64,000 nt of DNA from an uncultured virus (IMG/VR IMGVR_UViG_3300031276_000162) (Duplodnaviria; Heunggongvirae; Uroviricota; Caudoviricetes). The notes below the pieces were generated by a model. The model had not been told where the DNA came from and did not search any database. It saw only the letters and a program-made list of their open reading frames with translations. The stretch lies in the IMG/VR virus record IMGVR_UViG_3300031276_000162; one strand, 5' to 3'. A program made the translations under genes and the position numbers. Shown piece by piece: positions 1 through 12,148 of this stretch. The stretch's first letter is position 1. Each line of letters starts with the position of its first letter.

Positions 1-559
1 ACAGGATGTGTCGTTAGGACACACTCTGTGTTCTAACGACCCCCCTAGCCTAGCCGAGCCTAGCCTAGCCAAGCCTAGCCTAGCCGAGCCTTCTTCTCCT
101 GCCGCCCCCACCGGTGATGTGTCCGGCCAGTCGGACGGGATGGAGTTGGTCGAACTGAAGAACTGGTGGCCGGCCGAAACGCTGATGGCGAAGGCAAAGG
201 CGGAGGGATGGAACGACCAGGCCATCGTGCGCTCGGCGAGCGCCATGAAGACCAAGAGCAAGCCGCACACGTCGGGGCCCCGGGGGCAACTGGACCGCGC
301 CTGGTGGCAGAGCTGGCTGAGTCACGAACGCAAGAGCGGCACCGGAGGTATCAGTGAAGCAAGCAATCGACCCGGAGGGGATCACGGAGGCAGTGCTCAA
401 GCCAGCGATGCGTCACCACCAGCAGCGGGTGCAGCGCCTCCAAACCCAGGGGGTCAGTCTCGATGGGTTGGTGGTAAACACCAAGCAGTGCTGGACGAAA
501 CGAAGCGAAAGTATCGTGCAAAAGTTGCCGCCCGACGTGACGGTGGCGCAACTTCTTGA
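1..559 (+). CDS. C-terminal part of phage replication initiator (probably 5'-truncated)
   Basis: Directly upstream of loader and DnaB; internal iteron-like repeats; Trp-rich small helical C-terminal domain (NWWP...DRAWWQSW). Confidence 0.55.
   Translation, partial: QDVSLGHTLCSNDPPSLAEPSLAKPSLAEPSSPAAPTGDVSGQSDGMELVELKNWWPAETLMAKAKAEGWNDQAIVRSASAMKTKSKPHTSGPRGQLDRAWWQSWLSHERKSGTGGISEASNRPGGDHGGSAQASDASPPAAGAAPPNPGGQSRWVGGKHQAVLDETKRKYRAKVAARRDGGATS
44..90. repeat. 3 x 15-bp tandem repeat CCTAGCCTAGCC(G/A)AG, candidate ori iterons
   Basis: Copies at 44-58, 59-73, 74-88 inside the putative initiator gene, as in lambda O-type origins. Confidence 0.7.
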
Positions 560-1325
560 CTGCACCACCGATGACGACCTGGAGGAGATGGGAGAGCGCG
601 AGCAGCTCTGCGCGCGCTGCCCGCCCACTGGCGGCCGCTGCTACGACAAGCCGAACGAGGGGATGCGGCCCGAGTGGCGCGCGCACGTCGCCCGGTGGAA
701 CGCTCCCGGACTCATCTGGACGGAGTGCGAGCGCTGGCAACCGTACCTGCTCGACCGCCGCATGCGCCGGTGGGGCTTCCCGCGCATAATGTTGCGCGCA
801 CACCTGGCGGAGTACGACGCGCACACCGACGAGGAGAGCGAAGCCGTCGCGATGCTGCAGGAGTACATCATCGACTTCTACGGCTACGTGCGCGACGGCG
901 CGGGGATCGCCATCTACGGCGACGTCGGCGTGGGCAAGACTACGCTCGCGTGCGCGGTGTGCCGCGAGCTGCTGGAGCGCCACAAGATCCGAGTCGCGCG
1001 CTACTGGGACGTCGCCGACCTGCTCGCGCGGCTGCGACCGCAGAAGGCCGAGGACGACCAGCGCGCGCAGATCGTTCAGGACTGCATGGCGTGCGCCGTG
1101 CTCGTGCTCGATGACCTCGGCGCGCACAACACCACCGAGTGGGTCCGCGAGCAGATCGGGATCATCGTCAACCACCGGTGGAGCAACGGCCTACCGACCA
1201 TCACGACCACCAACGCGCGCATCGAAGAGGCGGAGCAATCCATTGGCGAGCGCACCATGAGTCGGCTGCTGCACAACACCATCACCATCGGCATCGAAGG
1301 ACCCGATAAGCGCGCCGCGGGGTGA
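354..1325 (+). CDS. DnaC/IstB-like AAA+ helicase loader
   Basis: Walker A GDVGVGKT, Walker B VLVLDDLG, TITTTN, RTMSRL; N-terminal Cys cluster; GGAGG before GTG; coupled to DnaB. Confidence 0.9.
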   Translation: MKQAIDPEGITEAVLKPAMRHHQQRVQRLQTQGVSLDGLVVNTKQCWTKRSESIVQKLPPDVTVAQLLDCTTDDDLEEMGEREQLCARCPPTGGRCYDKPNEGMRPEWRAHVARWNAPGLIWTECERWQPYLLDRRMRRWGFPRIMLRAHLAEYDAHTDEESEAVAMLQEYIIDFYGYVRDGAGIAIYGDVGVGKTTLACAVCRELLERHKIRVARYWDVADLLARLRPQKAEDDQRAQIVQDCMACAVLVLDDLGAHNTTEWVREQIGIIVNHRWSNGLPTITTTNARIEEAEQSIGERTMSRLLHNTITIGIEGPDKRAAG

Positions 1326-2791
1326 CGATGTCGCACACTCCACTGCCTCCACAGAACCAAACGGCGGAGCTAGCGGTGCTCTCCGCCATGGCGCTGGACG
1401 ATACCGGAGCGGCGGCGGACGAGGCGCGGAGTATCATCGGGACGGAGCAAGCATTCTTCGCCGACGCGCACAAGCTGGTGTTCGACGCGATCTGCACGCT
1501 GCGCGAGAGCGACCAGGCCGTCGACATCATCACCATCGCGCGCTACCTGGAGAGCCACAACAAGTACCGGCAGGTCGGTAGCGAGCGGCTCCACGACATC
1601 CTGTACGCCACGCCGAGCATCGGGCACGTCGGCGACCACGCGCGCATCGTGCGCGACCTGTATCGGCTGCGCCGGACCATGCAGGAGGCGGGTCGCGTTG
1701 ACGCGACGGCGCGCGCGCTGGCCGACGCGGACCACGAGCAGATCCAGAACTTCCTCAATGACAACGAGATGCGCTTCAGCGACGTCGCGCACGTCGGGAT
1801 GCCAAGCGCGCTCCAGCCGATCTCGGACGTGCTGCACGAGACCTGGAAGGCCATCAACGCGGCCCACCAGCAGGGCAGCGCCGTCACCGGCGTACCCACG
1901 GGCTTCGAGCGCCTGGACTCGATCACCACGGGTTTGCACGACGGGGATCTGATCATCGTCGCCGGCCGGCCGAGCCAGGGCAAGACCGCGCTCGCGCTCG
2001 CGGCGGCGCGCCGCATCGCCGGCGCCGGCTTCGCCGTGCCGATCTTCAGTCTCGAAATGCCCGCCGACCAGCTCGCGCGTCGGCTGCTCGCGTCCGAGGC
2101 GCGCGTCGATCTGAAGCGCATCAACAACGGGCGCATCCAACCGAACGAGTGGACGAAGCTCACGGCGGCGATGGAGACGCTGAGCGCCTTGCCGCTGTTC
2201 GTGGACGACACGGCGGGACCGACCGTGCTCGACATCCGCGCGGTCGTCGGCAAGCTGCAGCGCGAGATCCAGAACGGCAAGCACGCGAGCTGCACCAAGG
2301 GGCGCATCGGCGCCGTCGTGGTGGACTACCTGCAGATGGTGCGGGCGACCACGCCGGGCCGCTCACGCGAGCAAGAGGTTAGCGACACGAGCCGCACGCT
2401 CAAGGGGCAGGCCAAGACGTTCAGCGCCCCGTACATCGTGGTCAGCCCGCTCAACCGCGAGCCCGAGAAGCGCCCCAACGCGCGACCGCGCCTCGCCGAC
2501 CTGCGCGAGAGCGGCGCCATCGAGTACGACGCCGACGTCGTGCTGTTCGTGCACCGCCCCGAGCTGTACGAGAAGGACGACCCGCAGCTCAAGGGCTGGG
2601 CCGAGATTATCGTCGGCAAGCAGCGCAACGGACCGACTGGGTCGATCAAGCTGGCGTACCGGGGCGAGTACACGCTGTTCGACAACCTGGCCGACTACGA
2701 GGGCGGCTACGACGAGGCGAGCGAGCAGGAGTACGCCGACCTGCCGGAGTGGGGAGACGAGTTTACCGACGGCGGCCGGGGAGGTTTCTGA
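1322..2791 (+). CDS. dnaB: Replicative DNA helicase
   Basis: PPQN..AE N-terminus, AGRPSQGKT, FSLEM, VVDYLQ, DLRESGAIEYDAD, KQRNGPTG. Confidence 0.97.
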   Translation: MTMSHTPLPPQNQTAELAVLSAMALDDTGAAADEARSIIGTEQAFFADAHKLVFDAICTLRESDQAVDIITIARYLESHNKYRQVGSERLHDILYATPSIGHVGDHARIVRDLYRLRRTMQEAGRVDATARALADADHEQIQNFLNDNEMRFSDVAHVGMPSALQPISDVLHETWKAINAAHQQGSAVTGVPTGFERLDSITTGLHDGDLIIVAGRPSQGKTALALAAARRIAGAGFAVPIFSLEMPADQLARRLLASEARVDLKRINNGRIQPNEWTKLTAAMETLSALPLFVDDTAGPTVLDIRAVVGKLQREIQNGKHASCTKGRIGAVVVDYLQMVRATTPGRSREQEVSDTSRTLKGQAKTFSAPYIVVSPLNREPEKRPNARPRLADLRESGAIEYDADVVLFVHRPELYEKDDPQLKGWAEIIVGKQRNGPTGSIKLAYRGEYTLFDNLADYEGGYDEASEQEYADLPEWGDEFTDGGRGGF

Positions 2792-3012
2792 TGCCCCGCC
2801 CGCCGTCCCGGGTGTGGGTGCTGCTCGGGGATCGAGTCGAGCAGGCCGAACTCGTTCGGCGCGCGCCCGATGGCCGCACGGCCACCTATCGCGACTTGGC
2901 CGGCCGAGAACGGTTTAGAAACTGGGATTGCAGCCAGGTGTACCCCTCGCGCCGCCATGCCGAGCGGACACTCGCTGCCCACCTGATCACCCACATGCGG
3001 AGGGGAGGCTAG
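2791..3012 (+). CDS. Small hypothetical protein
   Basis: TGATG coupling to the dnaB stop. Confidence 0.55.
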   Translation: MPRPPSRVWVLLGDRVEQAELVRRAPDGRTATYRDLAGRERFRNWDCSQVYPSRRHAERTLAAHLITHMRRGG

Positions 3013-3071
3013 CTTGCCCGCGGGTAACCCTACTTGCCGTATGCCCAGCGGCGGCGCTACCCTTCGACGCA

Positions 3072-3578
3072 GTGGTCGTTCTAGGAGTGGTCCCTGGCCT
3101 TGCCGCGTTGGCGTACAGCGTGCTCTCCTTCCGACCCCACGAGCTGCGGGCCGACCCGGTCGACTGCGGCGTGCTGCGCGCTCGCGGCCACTCCGACTCG
3201 GCCGACCAGTGGTGCATCGGCCGCAGCACCCGGGTGCACCGGCTCATCATGGGCGTGGTCTTCGAGCGCGACCCGCCCGCCGCGCTGGCCATCGGCCCGG
3301 CCTTCAGCCCCAAGGAGCCCGCCTCGCATGTGTTGTGCGTGGCGACGATGCTCGCCGCGCTGGCCATGGGGCTTCGGGCCCACGTCGAGCAGCTGGGCGA
3401 CGAGGCCAAGATCCGCGCCGCGCTGACCGACATCGTGGGCTGGAAGGTCGGCCAGCGGGCGATGCGGCAGGTCGTGAGCGAGTCGCTCACCGAGCAGCTG
3501 CCGAGCGCCAACCGCCGGGTGGTTGTGGCCACCGCCGCGGCGCTCGCGGCGGCGGGGAAACTGCGGGGGCGGCTGTGA
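3072..3578 (+). CDS. Degenerate RuvC-like protein (start uncertain)
   Basis: VLGVVPGLAALAYSVL resembles RuvC ILGIDPG..TGYGVI; length fits; catalytic acidic residues appear replaced. Confidence 0.5.
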   Translation: MVVLGVVPGLAALAYSVLSFRPHELRADPVDCGVLRARGHSDSADQWCIGRSTRVHRLIMGVVFERDPPAALAIGPAFSPKEPASHVLCVATMLAALAMGLRAHVEQLGDEAKIRAALTDIVGWKVGQRAMRQVVSESLTEQLPSANRRVVVATAAALAAAGKLRGRL

Positions 3579-3680
3579 TACCGTGCGGATCTGCTGGGAA
3601 AACCCGGAATCCATGTGAAACGGGTGTGAAACGTTCTTCGTGCTCAAAGCGTTGTAACTACGCAGAATCAGGATAGGTTG

Positions 3681-3911
3681 ATGGCAAAGAGCATCTCCCT
3701 TCACCGAGAGACGTTCGAGCGGCTCGACCAGGTCGTCGAGCGCTTGCGCGGCATGAAGCGCGCCGACTTACGATTTGCGCGCCGCCGTAACGCCTACGTG
3801 CTTTCGACCAGCGAGGTCGCTGACGTGGCGGTCCGCCTGGGGCTCGACCTCATCGAGGATCTGCACGACCTCAGCGAGGTCGTCGAGTTGCCACTTGTCG
3901 GCCGGCACTGA
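3681..3911 (+). CDS. Small putative ribbon-helix-helix DNA-binding protein
   Basis: MAKSISLHRETFERL: alternating beta strand then helix. Confidence 0.45.
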   Translation: MAKSISLHRETFERLDQVVERLRGMKRADLRFARRRNAYVLSTSEVADVAVRLGLDLIEDLHDLSEVVELPLVGRH

Positions 3912-3931
3912 GGGCGCGTATAGTCCGGGCC

Positions 3932-4477
3932 ATGCCAGGAGCCGCGTCGATACTCTGCGCTCAGTCGAGCGCGGAGTTGGTCACTTTCCTGCTCGCGCTC
4001 GTGCTCGGCGCCATCTTCTGCTCGCTCGCGGGTCTCCTGCTCGGCGGCCGCGCCGCCCGGCGGCGCTACCGGCGCGAGCTGGAGGGGGCACGCGAGTTTG
4101 CGGGGCGGATGGGACGCGAGCGTGACAGCGCGCTCGATGCGGCCAAGGCGCAGAAGCGGCAGCGCACGGACATGTTCGAGCGGATCGAGGGCATTATCGC
4201 CGAGCGCGACGGGTGGCAGCGCATCCACCACCAGGAGTCCGTCGCCCACGGCGCGGCCGAAACGATGCTGTTCAACGAGCGCTGGCGGCTGCTTCGGCAG
4301 CTGAAACAGGCCAGGATTAAGCCCAACAGCGACCCCCAGGTCGAGGAAGTGGTGCGCAGCTTCGAGGCCGAGTACGCCGCCCCGGCGAGAAAATCCCTGG
4401 AAGAGGCCAGCGGAAAGCCCGTAGAAGTGGCTCCCCTCAAGCCGAGCGAGGAGCTGGAGAGCGCTACCGATGACTGA
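3932..4477 (+). CDS. Membrane-anchored coiled-coil protein
   Basis: N-terminal hydrophobic helix then charged helical region. Confidence 0.6.
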   Translation: MPGAASILCAQSSAELVTFLLALVLGAIFCSLAGLLLGGRAARRRYRRELEGAREFAGRMGRERDSALDAAKAQKRQRTDMFERIEGIIAERDGWQRIHHQESVAHGAAETMLFNERWRLLRQLKQARIKPNSDPQVEEVVRSFEAEYAAPARKSLEEASGKPVEVAPLKPSEELESATDD

Positions 4478-5255
4478 CGATTCTGAGCCCGACGTCACCG
4501 CCACCGACGAGTTGCGCGCCGACGAAGAGCTGCCGCGCACCGGCATCGACCGGCTGCGCGCCGACGAGGAGATCTACCAATCGGCCGACAACAACCCGGC
4601 CGAGTACGAGATGGGCGAGGACGGGATGCCCAAGCCCAAGACCCCGACCAACATGCCGTTCGCGCCGCCGCTCTCTCCGGCGACGTTCATCTGCATGGCC
4701 GACACGAGCGGGTTCGTAATCCGCGACGAGTGGGGAGACGTCCTCGCGGAGTTTGCGCCCGACGAGGTGGAGCGCGCGCCGGATGGCCGCTGGCGGGTGC
4801 GCGTCGGGGAGGCCGAGAGCAAGTCGGAACAGCTGGGGGAGGTAGCGGCGCTCACGCTGCGGGCCATCGTGCAGGTGTGTGCGAGCCGCGGCTGGATCGA
4901 GGTCAAGCCGGTGCGCCCCGCGTGTAAACACTACGCTCGGCAGATGACCGACTTCCAGGACGACGACGAGCACGCGTTCATCGCGCGCATCTGCACGGCG
5001 CGGCGGGACACCGGTGGTGAATTCCTGTCGTTGCGCGACGCGCAGACGTTTGGATGCGACCTACGCGACCCACCCGAGCCCGTGGGGCGTGCGCGCCTCG
5101 ACAAGTTCGATGACAACAAGATCGAGTTGGGCAAGGAGCGCATCGCGCGCGGCGAGGTGTGGAACGTTGACCAGGCACTCGACGACGCGCTCGCACAGGA
5201 CGCGGATCAGGCGGCGTCCGAATTGACGGACGGTGGCATCTTCCAGAAAGGTTGA
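4470..5255 (+). CDS. Hypothetical protein
   Basis: Overlaps previous stop; high GC3 coding pattern. Confidence 0.7.
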   Translation: MTDDSEPDVTATDELRADEELPRTGIDRLRADEEIYQSADNNPAEYEMGEDGMPKPKTPTNMPFAPPLSPATFICMADTSGFVIRDEWGDVLAEFAPDEVERAPDGRWRVRVGEAESKSEQLGEVAALTLRAIVQVCASRGWIEVKPVRPACKHYARQMTDFQDDDEHAFIARICTARRDTGGEFLSLRDAQTFGCDLRDPPEPVGRARLDKFDDNKIELGKERIARGEVWNVDQALDDALAQDADQAASELTDGGIFQKG

Positions 5256-5262
5256 CCCGCAC

Positions 5263-5968
5263 GTGGCCGAAGAACCAAACGCACCCGTGGCACCCGACCC
5301 CGAACCGCCTCCCACGAGCCCCGATGCTCCCCCGCCTCCCGACCCGCCGGAGGACGAGGAGGAGATGGCCGACGTCGAGGACGAGGAGGGCGAGGACGAC
5401 GACGAAGAGTTGGACGAGGACGAGGAGGGCGAGGACGACGACGAGGACCCGGCCGAGACGCTGGTCGAGGTGAGCGAGAACGCTACCGCCGACCACGCCC
5501 GCGTCGGTGAGTTGGCGGCCGAGCTGCGCGCCGCCGTCGAGGAGAAGCAGGTGGGCTTGCAGGCCGCCGCGGCCGCGCCCGACGGCGACCCCGCCGCTCG
5601 CGCCATGGCGGAGCTGCACCTGGTGCAGATGAACGCGACGCTGTTCCTGCTCGACGAGGTCGGGGAGACACTGCTGTCGCTGCTCGACTCCCTGGCCTCC
5701 GCCACCACCGACAACGTGCTCGCGATCCGGGACTGGGCCGACAACGAGGTCGAGCCGTTGCTCGACGAGGTGGACGGCAGCGGCGTGCCCCCCGGCGCGC
5801 GCCTCGGCCAACCCGACCTGGCGATGATCATCGGGCTCATCGACCAGTACTGCGAGATGCTCAAACAGGGCATCACCCACCACCAGCGCGACTCGGAAGA
5901 GTACGCGGCCATCCACGCGCAGGTCACGCAGGTGCTCGCGCTGCGTGGGCGCGTGCAGCAGTGCGTTC

Positions 5969-5976
<8 letters not shown>
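5263..5976 (+). CDS. Acidic hypothetical protein
   Basis: Pro-rich and Asp/Glu-rich N-terminus then helical domain; start approximate. Confidence 0.65.
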
Positions 5977-8797
<2,821 letters not shown>

Positions 8798-8803
8798 CCT
8801 GCG

Positions 8804-9055
8804 ATGCGCCACCTCGACCCCGAGCAGTCCTTCGCGCAGCTGCTGCCCGACCTGGCCGGCGCCGTGCCCGATGAGCTGCGCGACCCGCTCGAAGACTTCA
8901 TCGCGGTGATCCTGCGCGTCACACAGGCCGTGCCGGCCCGCGTGGCCAACGACGCCCGGCAGGAGGCGGTGCTGTTGCCGAAGGGCACCGTGCAGGGCGC
9001 CAAGGATGCGCTGACCGAGGCGATGGGGGTGTTCTTTGCGCGGCTGGGCCAGTGA
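8804..9055 (+). CDS. Small helical hypothetical protein
   Basis: Starts 6 bp after previous stop; coding-like codon use. Confidence 0.6.
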   Translation: MRHLDPEQSFAQLLPDLAGAVPDELRDPLEDFIAVILRVTQAVPARVANDARQEAVLLPKGTVQGAKDALTEAMGVFFARLGQ

Positions 9056-9243
9056 GCGCCGCGGGGGACCAGGAGGGTAGACGAGGACTGCGCAGGCTGA
9101 GCAACCCACCGGCCCGCCCGTGCAGGAAGTGTGGCAGTGACCGGCACCTGTCCGTGAACTCGGTTGGGTCGTATGGTTTTGCTCGCTACTGGATCAGCTG
9201 CCGTTGCGGGGGGTAGCAACTGTCAGACAGACGCGGAGGGACC

Positions 9244-9555
9244 GTGAAGCAAGACGACCGACAGATCGAACGCGACGCTCTGATGTGGGCGGAGCACGAC
9301 CGAGACAAGGCGCAGGAGCGTGTTGCAGAACTGGAAGCGATGCTGCGGCGCGTTCTGGAGAGCGCGCCACTCTGCTTCAAGCGTGGTTGTGACAAGCCGG
9401 CGACGCGCCTGATGCCGACGGCCGTTCTCGATGATTGGATCAGGGTGTGCGACGAGCACTGCACTTGCACTGAGAACGAGTTTGGGCAGAGGGCGGTCGA
9501 AGTGCGGCACGCCGCACTGCACCGGGAAATCCGGCAAGCGCTGGACGGCAAGTAA
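9244..9555 (+). CDS. Small Cys-containing cassette protein
   Basis: GGAGG RBS; stop TAA lies in the junction repeat. Confidence 0.7.
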   Translation: MKQDDRQIERDALMWAEHDRDKAQERVAELEAMLRRVLESAPLCFKRGCDKPATRLMPTAVLDDWIRVCDEHCTCTENEFGQRAVEVRHAALHREIRQALDGK

Positions 9556-9576
9556 CTGTCACACAGGGAGCACCAC

Positions 9577-9905
9577 ATGACCGATCTACCGCCAGGCAGC
9601 TTTCTCAACTGCGATACCCACGGGCCGCTCCGGTGGCACCATGTCATCTACAATGAGTGTGGCGCTGTCTTTGATCTGGAGACGCCTGAGGGCGATCCGC
9701 GCGCAGCGGACAGTGCTGGTGGCATGTGCCCGGCTTGTACCCGGCTTGTGCGGCGCCCTTGCTCCCTTCCGTCTCCGAGGACTTCACTTCGCGAGCTATC
9801 TGTTGCAGATGCGCGGAGGCCATTATCAGGGAACGCGGCGCGGACTACTGCAAGCCGGATCCAGGCTGGGAGCCGATACCAGGCAAGCCAACCAAGCCGA
9901 ACTAA
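9577..9905 (+). pseudogene. Zn-ribbon cassette gene frameshifted by an 11-nt duplication
   Basis: CCCGGCTTGT at 9729-9738 and 9740-9749; removing 11 nt gives GMCPACAAPLL...ICCRC...KPN* ending at the next repeat. Confidence 0.65.
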
Positions 9906-9929
9906 CAACTGTCAGACAGGGAGTGAACG

Positions 9930-10028
9930 ATGTTGTGGCAACAGATTCTCGTGGGCTTCGCCGGGTTGGCACTCGGCTGTGCCATCGTCGTCCCGCTCCT
10001 ACTGCACGCTCGGAAACAGGACAAGTAA
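9930..10028 (+). CDS. 32-aa single-TM peptide (absent from ORF track)
   Basis: MLWQQILVGFAGLALGCAIVVPLLLHARKQDK*, bounded by two junction repeats, GGGAG RBS. Confidence 0.65.
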   Translation: MLWQQILVGFAGLALGCAIVVPLLLHARKQDK

Positions 10029-10049
10029 CTGTCAGACAGGGAAAGACGG

Positions 10050-10289
10050 ATGAGACGAACCATCATGCTCGTGGCTGCTGCGGCGCTCTCGGCGTCGTGC
10101 GCGGAGGGCAACCGGATACACAACTCGTGCGAGGATTGGAACTGGAATGCGTGCCGCACCTTCGTCCTGCAACCGGGCGTCTTTGGACACGACCGCTGCA
10201 AGAATCCCTGGCACGAGTTGGTGGTTGATCAGGGCGTTCCGATGTGTCGATGCAAGCGCCGCCCGGAGTGCGACCCGCAGCCCAAGTAA
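10050..10289 (+). CDS. Small Cys-rich putative lipoprotein
   Basis: MRRTIMLVAAAALSASC lipobox-like; ends in junction repeat. Confidence 0.65.
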   Translation: MRRTIMLVAAAALSASCAEGNRIHNSCEDWNWNACRTFVLQPGVFGHDRCKNPWHELVVDQGVPMCRCKRRPECDPQPK

Positions 10290-10308
10290 CTGTCAGACAG
10301 GCACCGGT

Positions 10309-10452
10309 ATGATCATCTGCATCTACCTCGACACCACGTTCCGTTGGAAGCTGGCGGCTACGTTCGACCACTGGGGCACCGGATGGACGTGGGACGCGGG
10401 CTGGTTGTGGTTCGGGGTTTCAGCCACCCACTACCAGGAGCCCGCCGAGTAA
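10309..10452 (+). CDS. 47-aa Trp-rich peptide
   Basis: Between repeat at 10287 and partial repeat at 10450. Confidence 0.5.
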   Translation: MIICIYLDTTFRWKLAATFDHWGTGWTWDAGWLWFGVSATHYQEPAE

Positions 10453-10458
10453 CTGCGC

Positions 10459-10668
10459 ATGCCGAGTAAAGATCCTGCGGACTACCCGATCTTCGAGTGG
10501 CACTGCGCCGCGTGCGGAAGATCGGCCGGCGTGGTTCAGCCAGAGCGGGTGCGCCAGCCGTGCGAGTGTGGCTCGCGCGACTTCCGGGCGTTCGGGGTCT
10601 GCGCGATCTGCTACTGCATGCTCGACCCGAGCGAGCCGCCGCCTCCGGCGCGCAACGATCACGAGTGA
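10459..10668 (+). CDS. Small Zn-finger protein
   Basis: CAAC, CECG, CAIC. Confidence 0.6.
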   Translation: MPSKDPADYPIFEWHCAACGRSAGVVQPERVRQPCECGSRDFRAFGVCAICYCMLDPSEPPPPARNDHE

Positions 10669-10681
10669 GGAGACACGCGAT

Positions 10682-10951
10682 ATGGAACAGAAGCTGCAGC
10701 GTTGTGTGCTGGTCGAGTTGGAAAGTATGCGCGGCGCGGTTGAGCTGCGCCAGATTGTGGAGCGGGCCTATGTGGCCGATCCGTCTGCCACGGATAGCAA
10801 CCTGCGGCGCCTGAAGCTCGATGACTGGATCGCTGAGCTGCGCATCGATGCGGCAACCGGCCGGCTGCGCGACAACGTCGAGTCCGTGGCGAGCCCGGGC
10901 TACGCGGCGATGCCGGTGCGGGTGGGCCGCATCCGGCCGCTGGACACCTGA
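10682..10951 (+). CDS. Small hypothetical protein
   Basis: GAGGAG RBS before ATG (MEQKLQRC...). Confidence 0.55.
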   Translation: MEQKLQRCVLVELESMRGAVELRQIVERAYVADPSATDSNLRRLKLDDWIAELRIDAATGRLRDNVESVASPGYAAMPVRVGRIRPLDT

Positions 10952-11021
10952 GCGCTCGCCCGCTGTCCGGCCGCAGGGGTAAAACGCGGCCAGATCTCCG
11001 CCACGCAATCCAAGTAAGCAC

Positions 11022-11067
11022 CTAGAGGGCCACTTTCTTGCTGCCTGAGCGGGGGGCCGGATAGCAT
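11022..11067 (+). promoter_or_regulatory. Putative late promoter, copy 1
   Basis: CTAGAGGGCCACTTTCTTGCTGCC is 22/24 identical to 36930-36953; TTGCTG-18-TAGCAT. Confidence 0.55.
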
Positions 11068-11072
11068 GGCAG

Positions 11073-11630
11073 GTGAGGTCGCTCCCCGTGCACGCTGCAG
11101 TCGGTCAACTCACCCGCCAACCCCAGGTGCGGTTTGGTCCTTTCGAGGGCCCGGCCACGACCATCGCTACCATGCGCGACAACGTGCGGGGCGAGCGGGG
11201 CGAGCGCAGCCAGCTGTTGCGCAGCGTGACCGAGGACGTGGTGCGCGGGCTCCAGCCCAAGGACTACCTCTCCGAGATCCTCGCCCTGCGCCATTTCGTG
11301 GCCACGCGCTGCCGCTACCTCAACGACCCGCTCACCACGGAGTGGGTGAAGGACCCGCAGCGACTGGCCGAGGAGATCCTCGCGAGCGGTAGCGCGGCGG
11401 CCGACTGTGACGAGATCGCCTCGCTGATCGTCGCCATGGCCCGGCAGTGTGGGCGCGAGGGAGAGTTCATCACGGTGGGCTTCGGGCGCCCGGGCTCGTA
11501 CGTGCATGTGTTTGCGCGCATCAAAGAACCCAAGAGTGGTAAGTGGATCGTGTGCGACCCGGTCGCGGGCGTCGATGAGGCCGGTATGCTTCATCGCGTC
11601 ACGACCTGGAAAGCTTGGCAGGTGGACTGA
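11073..11630 (+). CDS. Transglutaminase-like (Cys-His-Asp) enzyme, candidate maturation protease
   Basis: RYLNDP, ADCDE, VHVF, CDP motifs; first gene of the structural block. Confidence 0.8.
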   Translation: MRSLPVHAAVGQLTRQPQVRFGPFEGPATTIATMRDNVRGERGERSQLLRSVTEDVVRGLQPKDYLSEILALRHFVATRCRYLNDPLTTEWVKDPQRLAEEILASGSAAADCDEIASLIVAMARQCGREGEFITVGFGRPGSYVHVFARIKEPKSGKWIVCDPVAGVDEAGMLHRVTTWKAWQVD

Positions 11631-12145
11631 TGTACGTCTCGACTGACCTGGGCGCAGAGCGCCGCTCCGACATCGGCGGTGGACGGACTCGTGACGAGAC
11701 GCGCTTCGACCCGCTCTTCGGCCGCGGCTGCGACCCCGACGCCATGCCCACGGGCAAGGTGCTGGAGCTGTTGGGGCAGATCGCGGTGCTCGAAGCGCGG
11801 CGGGTGACTAACCGCCTGGACTGCGCCGCCCGCCCCGCTGCCGAGGTCGAGGCGTGTCAGAGCGGCGTGGACTTCAGCCACGACATCGACGTGGCCGCAC
11901 TCGAAAAGCAGATCGCGCAAGTGTGCGCGGCGCGCGAGTTGTGGGGGCCGCAGCAAGCGCCGGACCCGGACGCCGCTGCCGCCGCCGATGCTGCCGCGGC
12001 CGCCGCTGCGGATGCCGATGCTGCGGCGGCCCGCCGCGCCTCGGCCGCGGGGGGCGGGACCAACTGGTGGCTCATCGCGGGCGTGGGGGCGGCGGCGTTG
12101 GTGGGCTGGAAGCTCCTGAGCGGCAGGAAGGGCAAGGCGAGCTAG
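11630..12145 (+). CDS. Tail-anchored putative virion membrane protein
   Basis: MYVSTDLG start; Ala-rich linker; C-terminal TM plus basic tail. Confidence 0.7.
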   Translation: MYVSTDLGAERRSDIGGGRTRDETRFDPLFGRGCDPDAMPTGKVLELLGQIAVLEARRVTNRLDCAARPAAEVEACQSGVDFSHDIDVAALEKQIAQVCAARELWGPQQAPDPDAAAAADAAAAAAADADAAAARRASAAGGGTNWWLIAGVGAAALVGWKLLSGRKGKAS

Positions 12146-12148
12146 CTG

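Larger units (their letters stand above)
9217..10456. repeat. Dispersed junction repeat (AAG)TAACTGTCAGACAGG
   Basis: Copies near 9217, 9553, 9907, 10026, 10287, partial at 10450; core CTGTC-A-GACAG is palindromic. Confidence 0.85.

Noticed and set aside
354..1325. IS21 IstB transposition helper
   Set aside because: No IstA; sits between initiator and DnaB.
9217..10456. CRISPR array
   Set aside because: Repeat only ~15-18 bp, spacers 100-350 bp and protein-coding, no cas genes.
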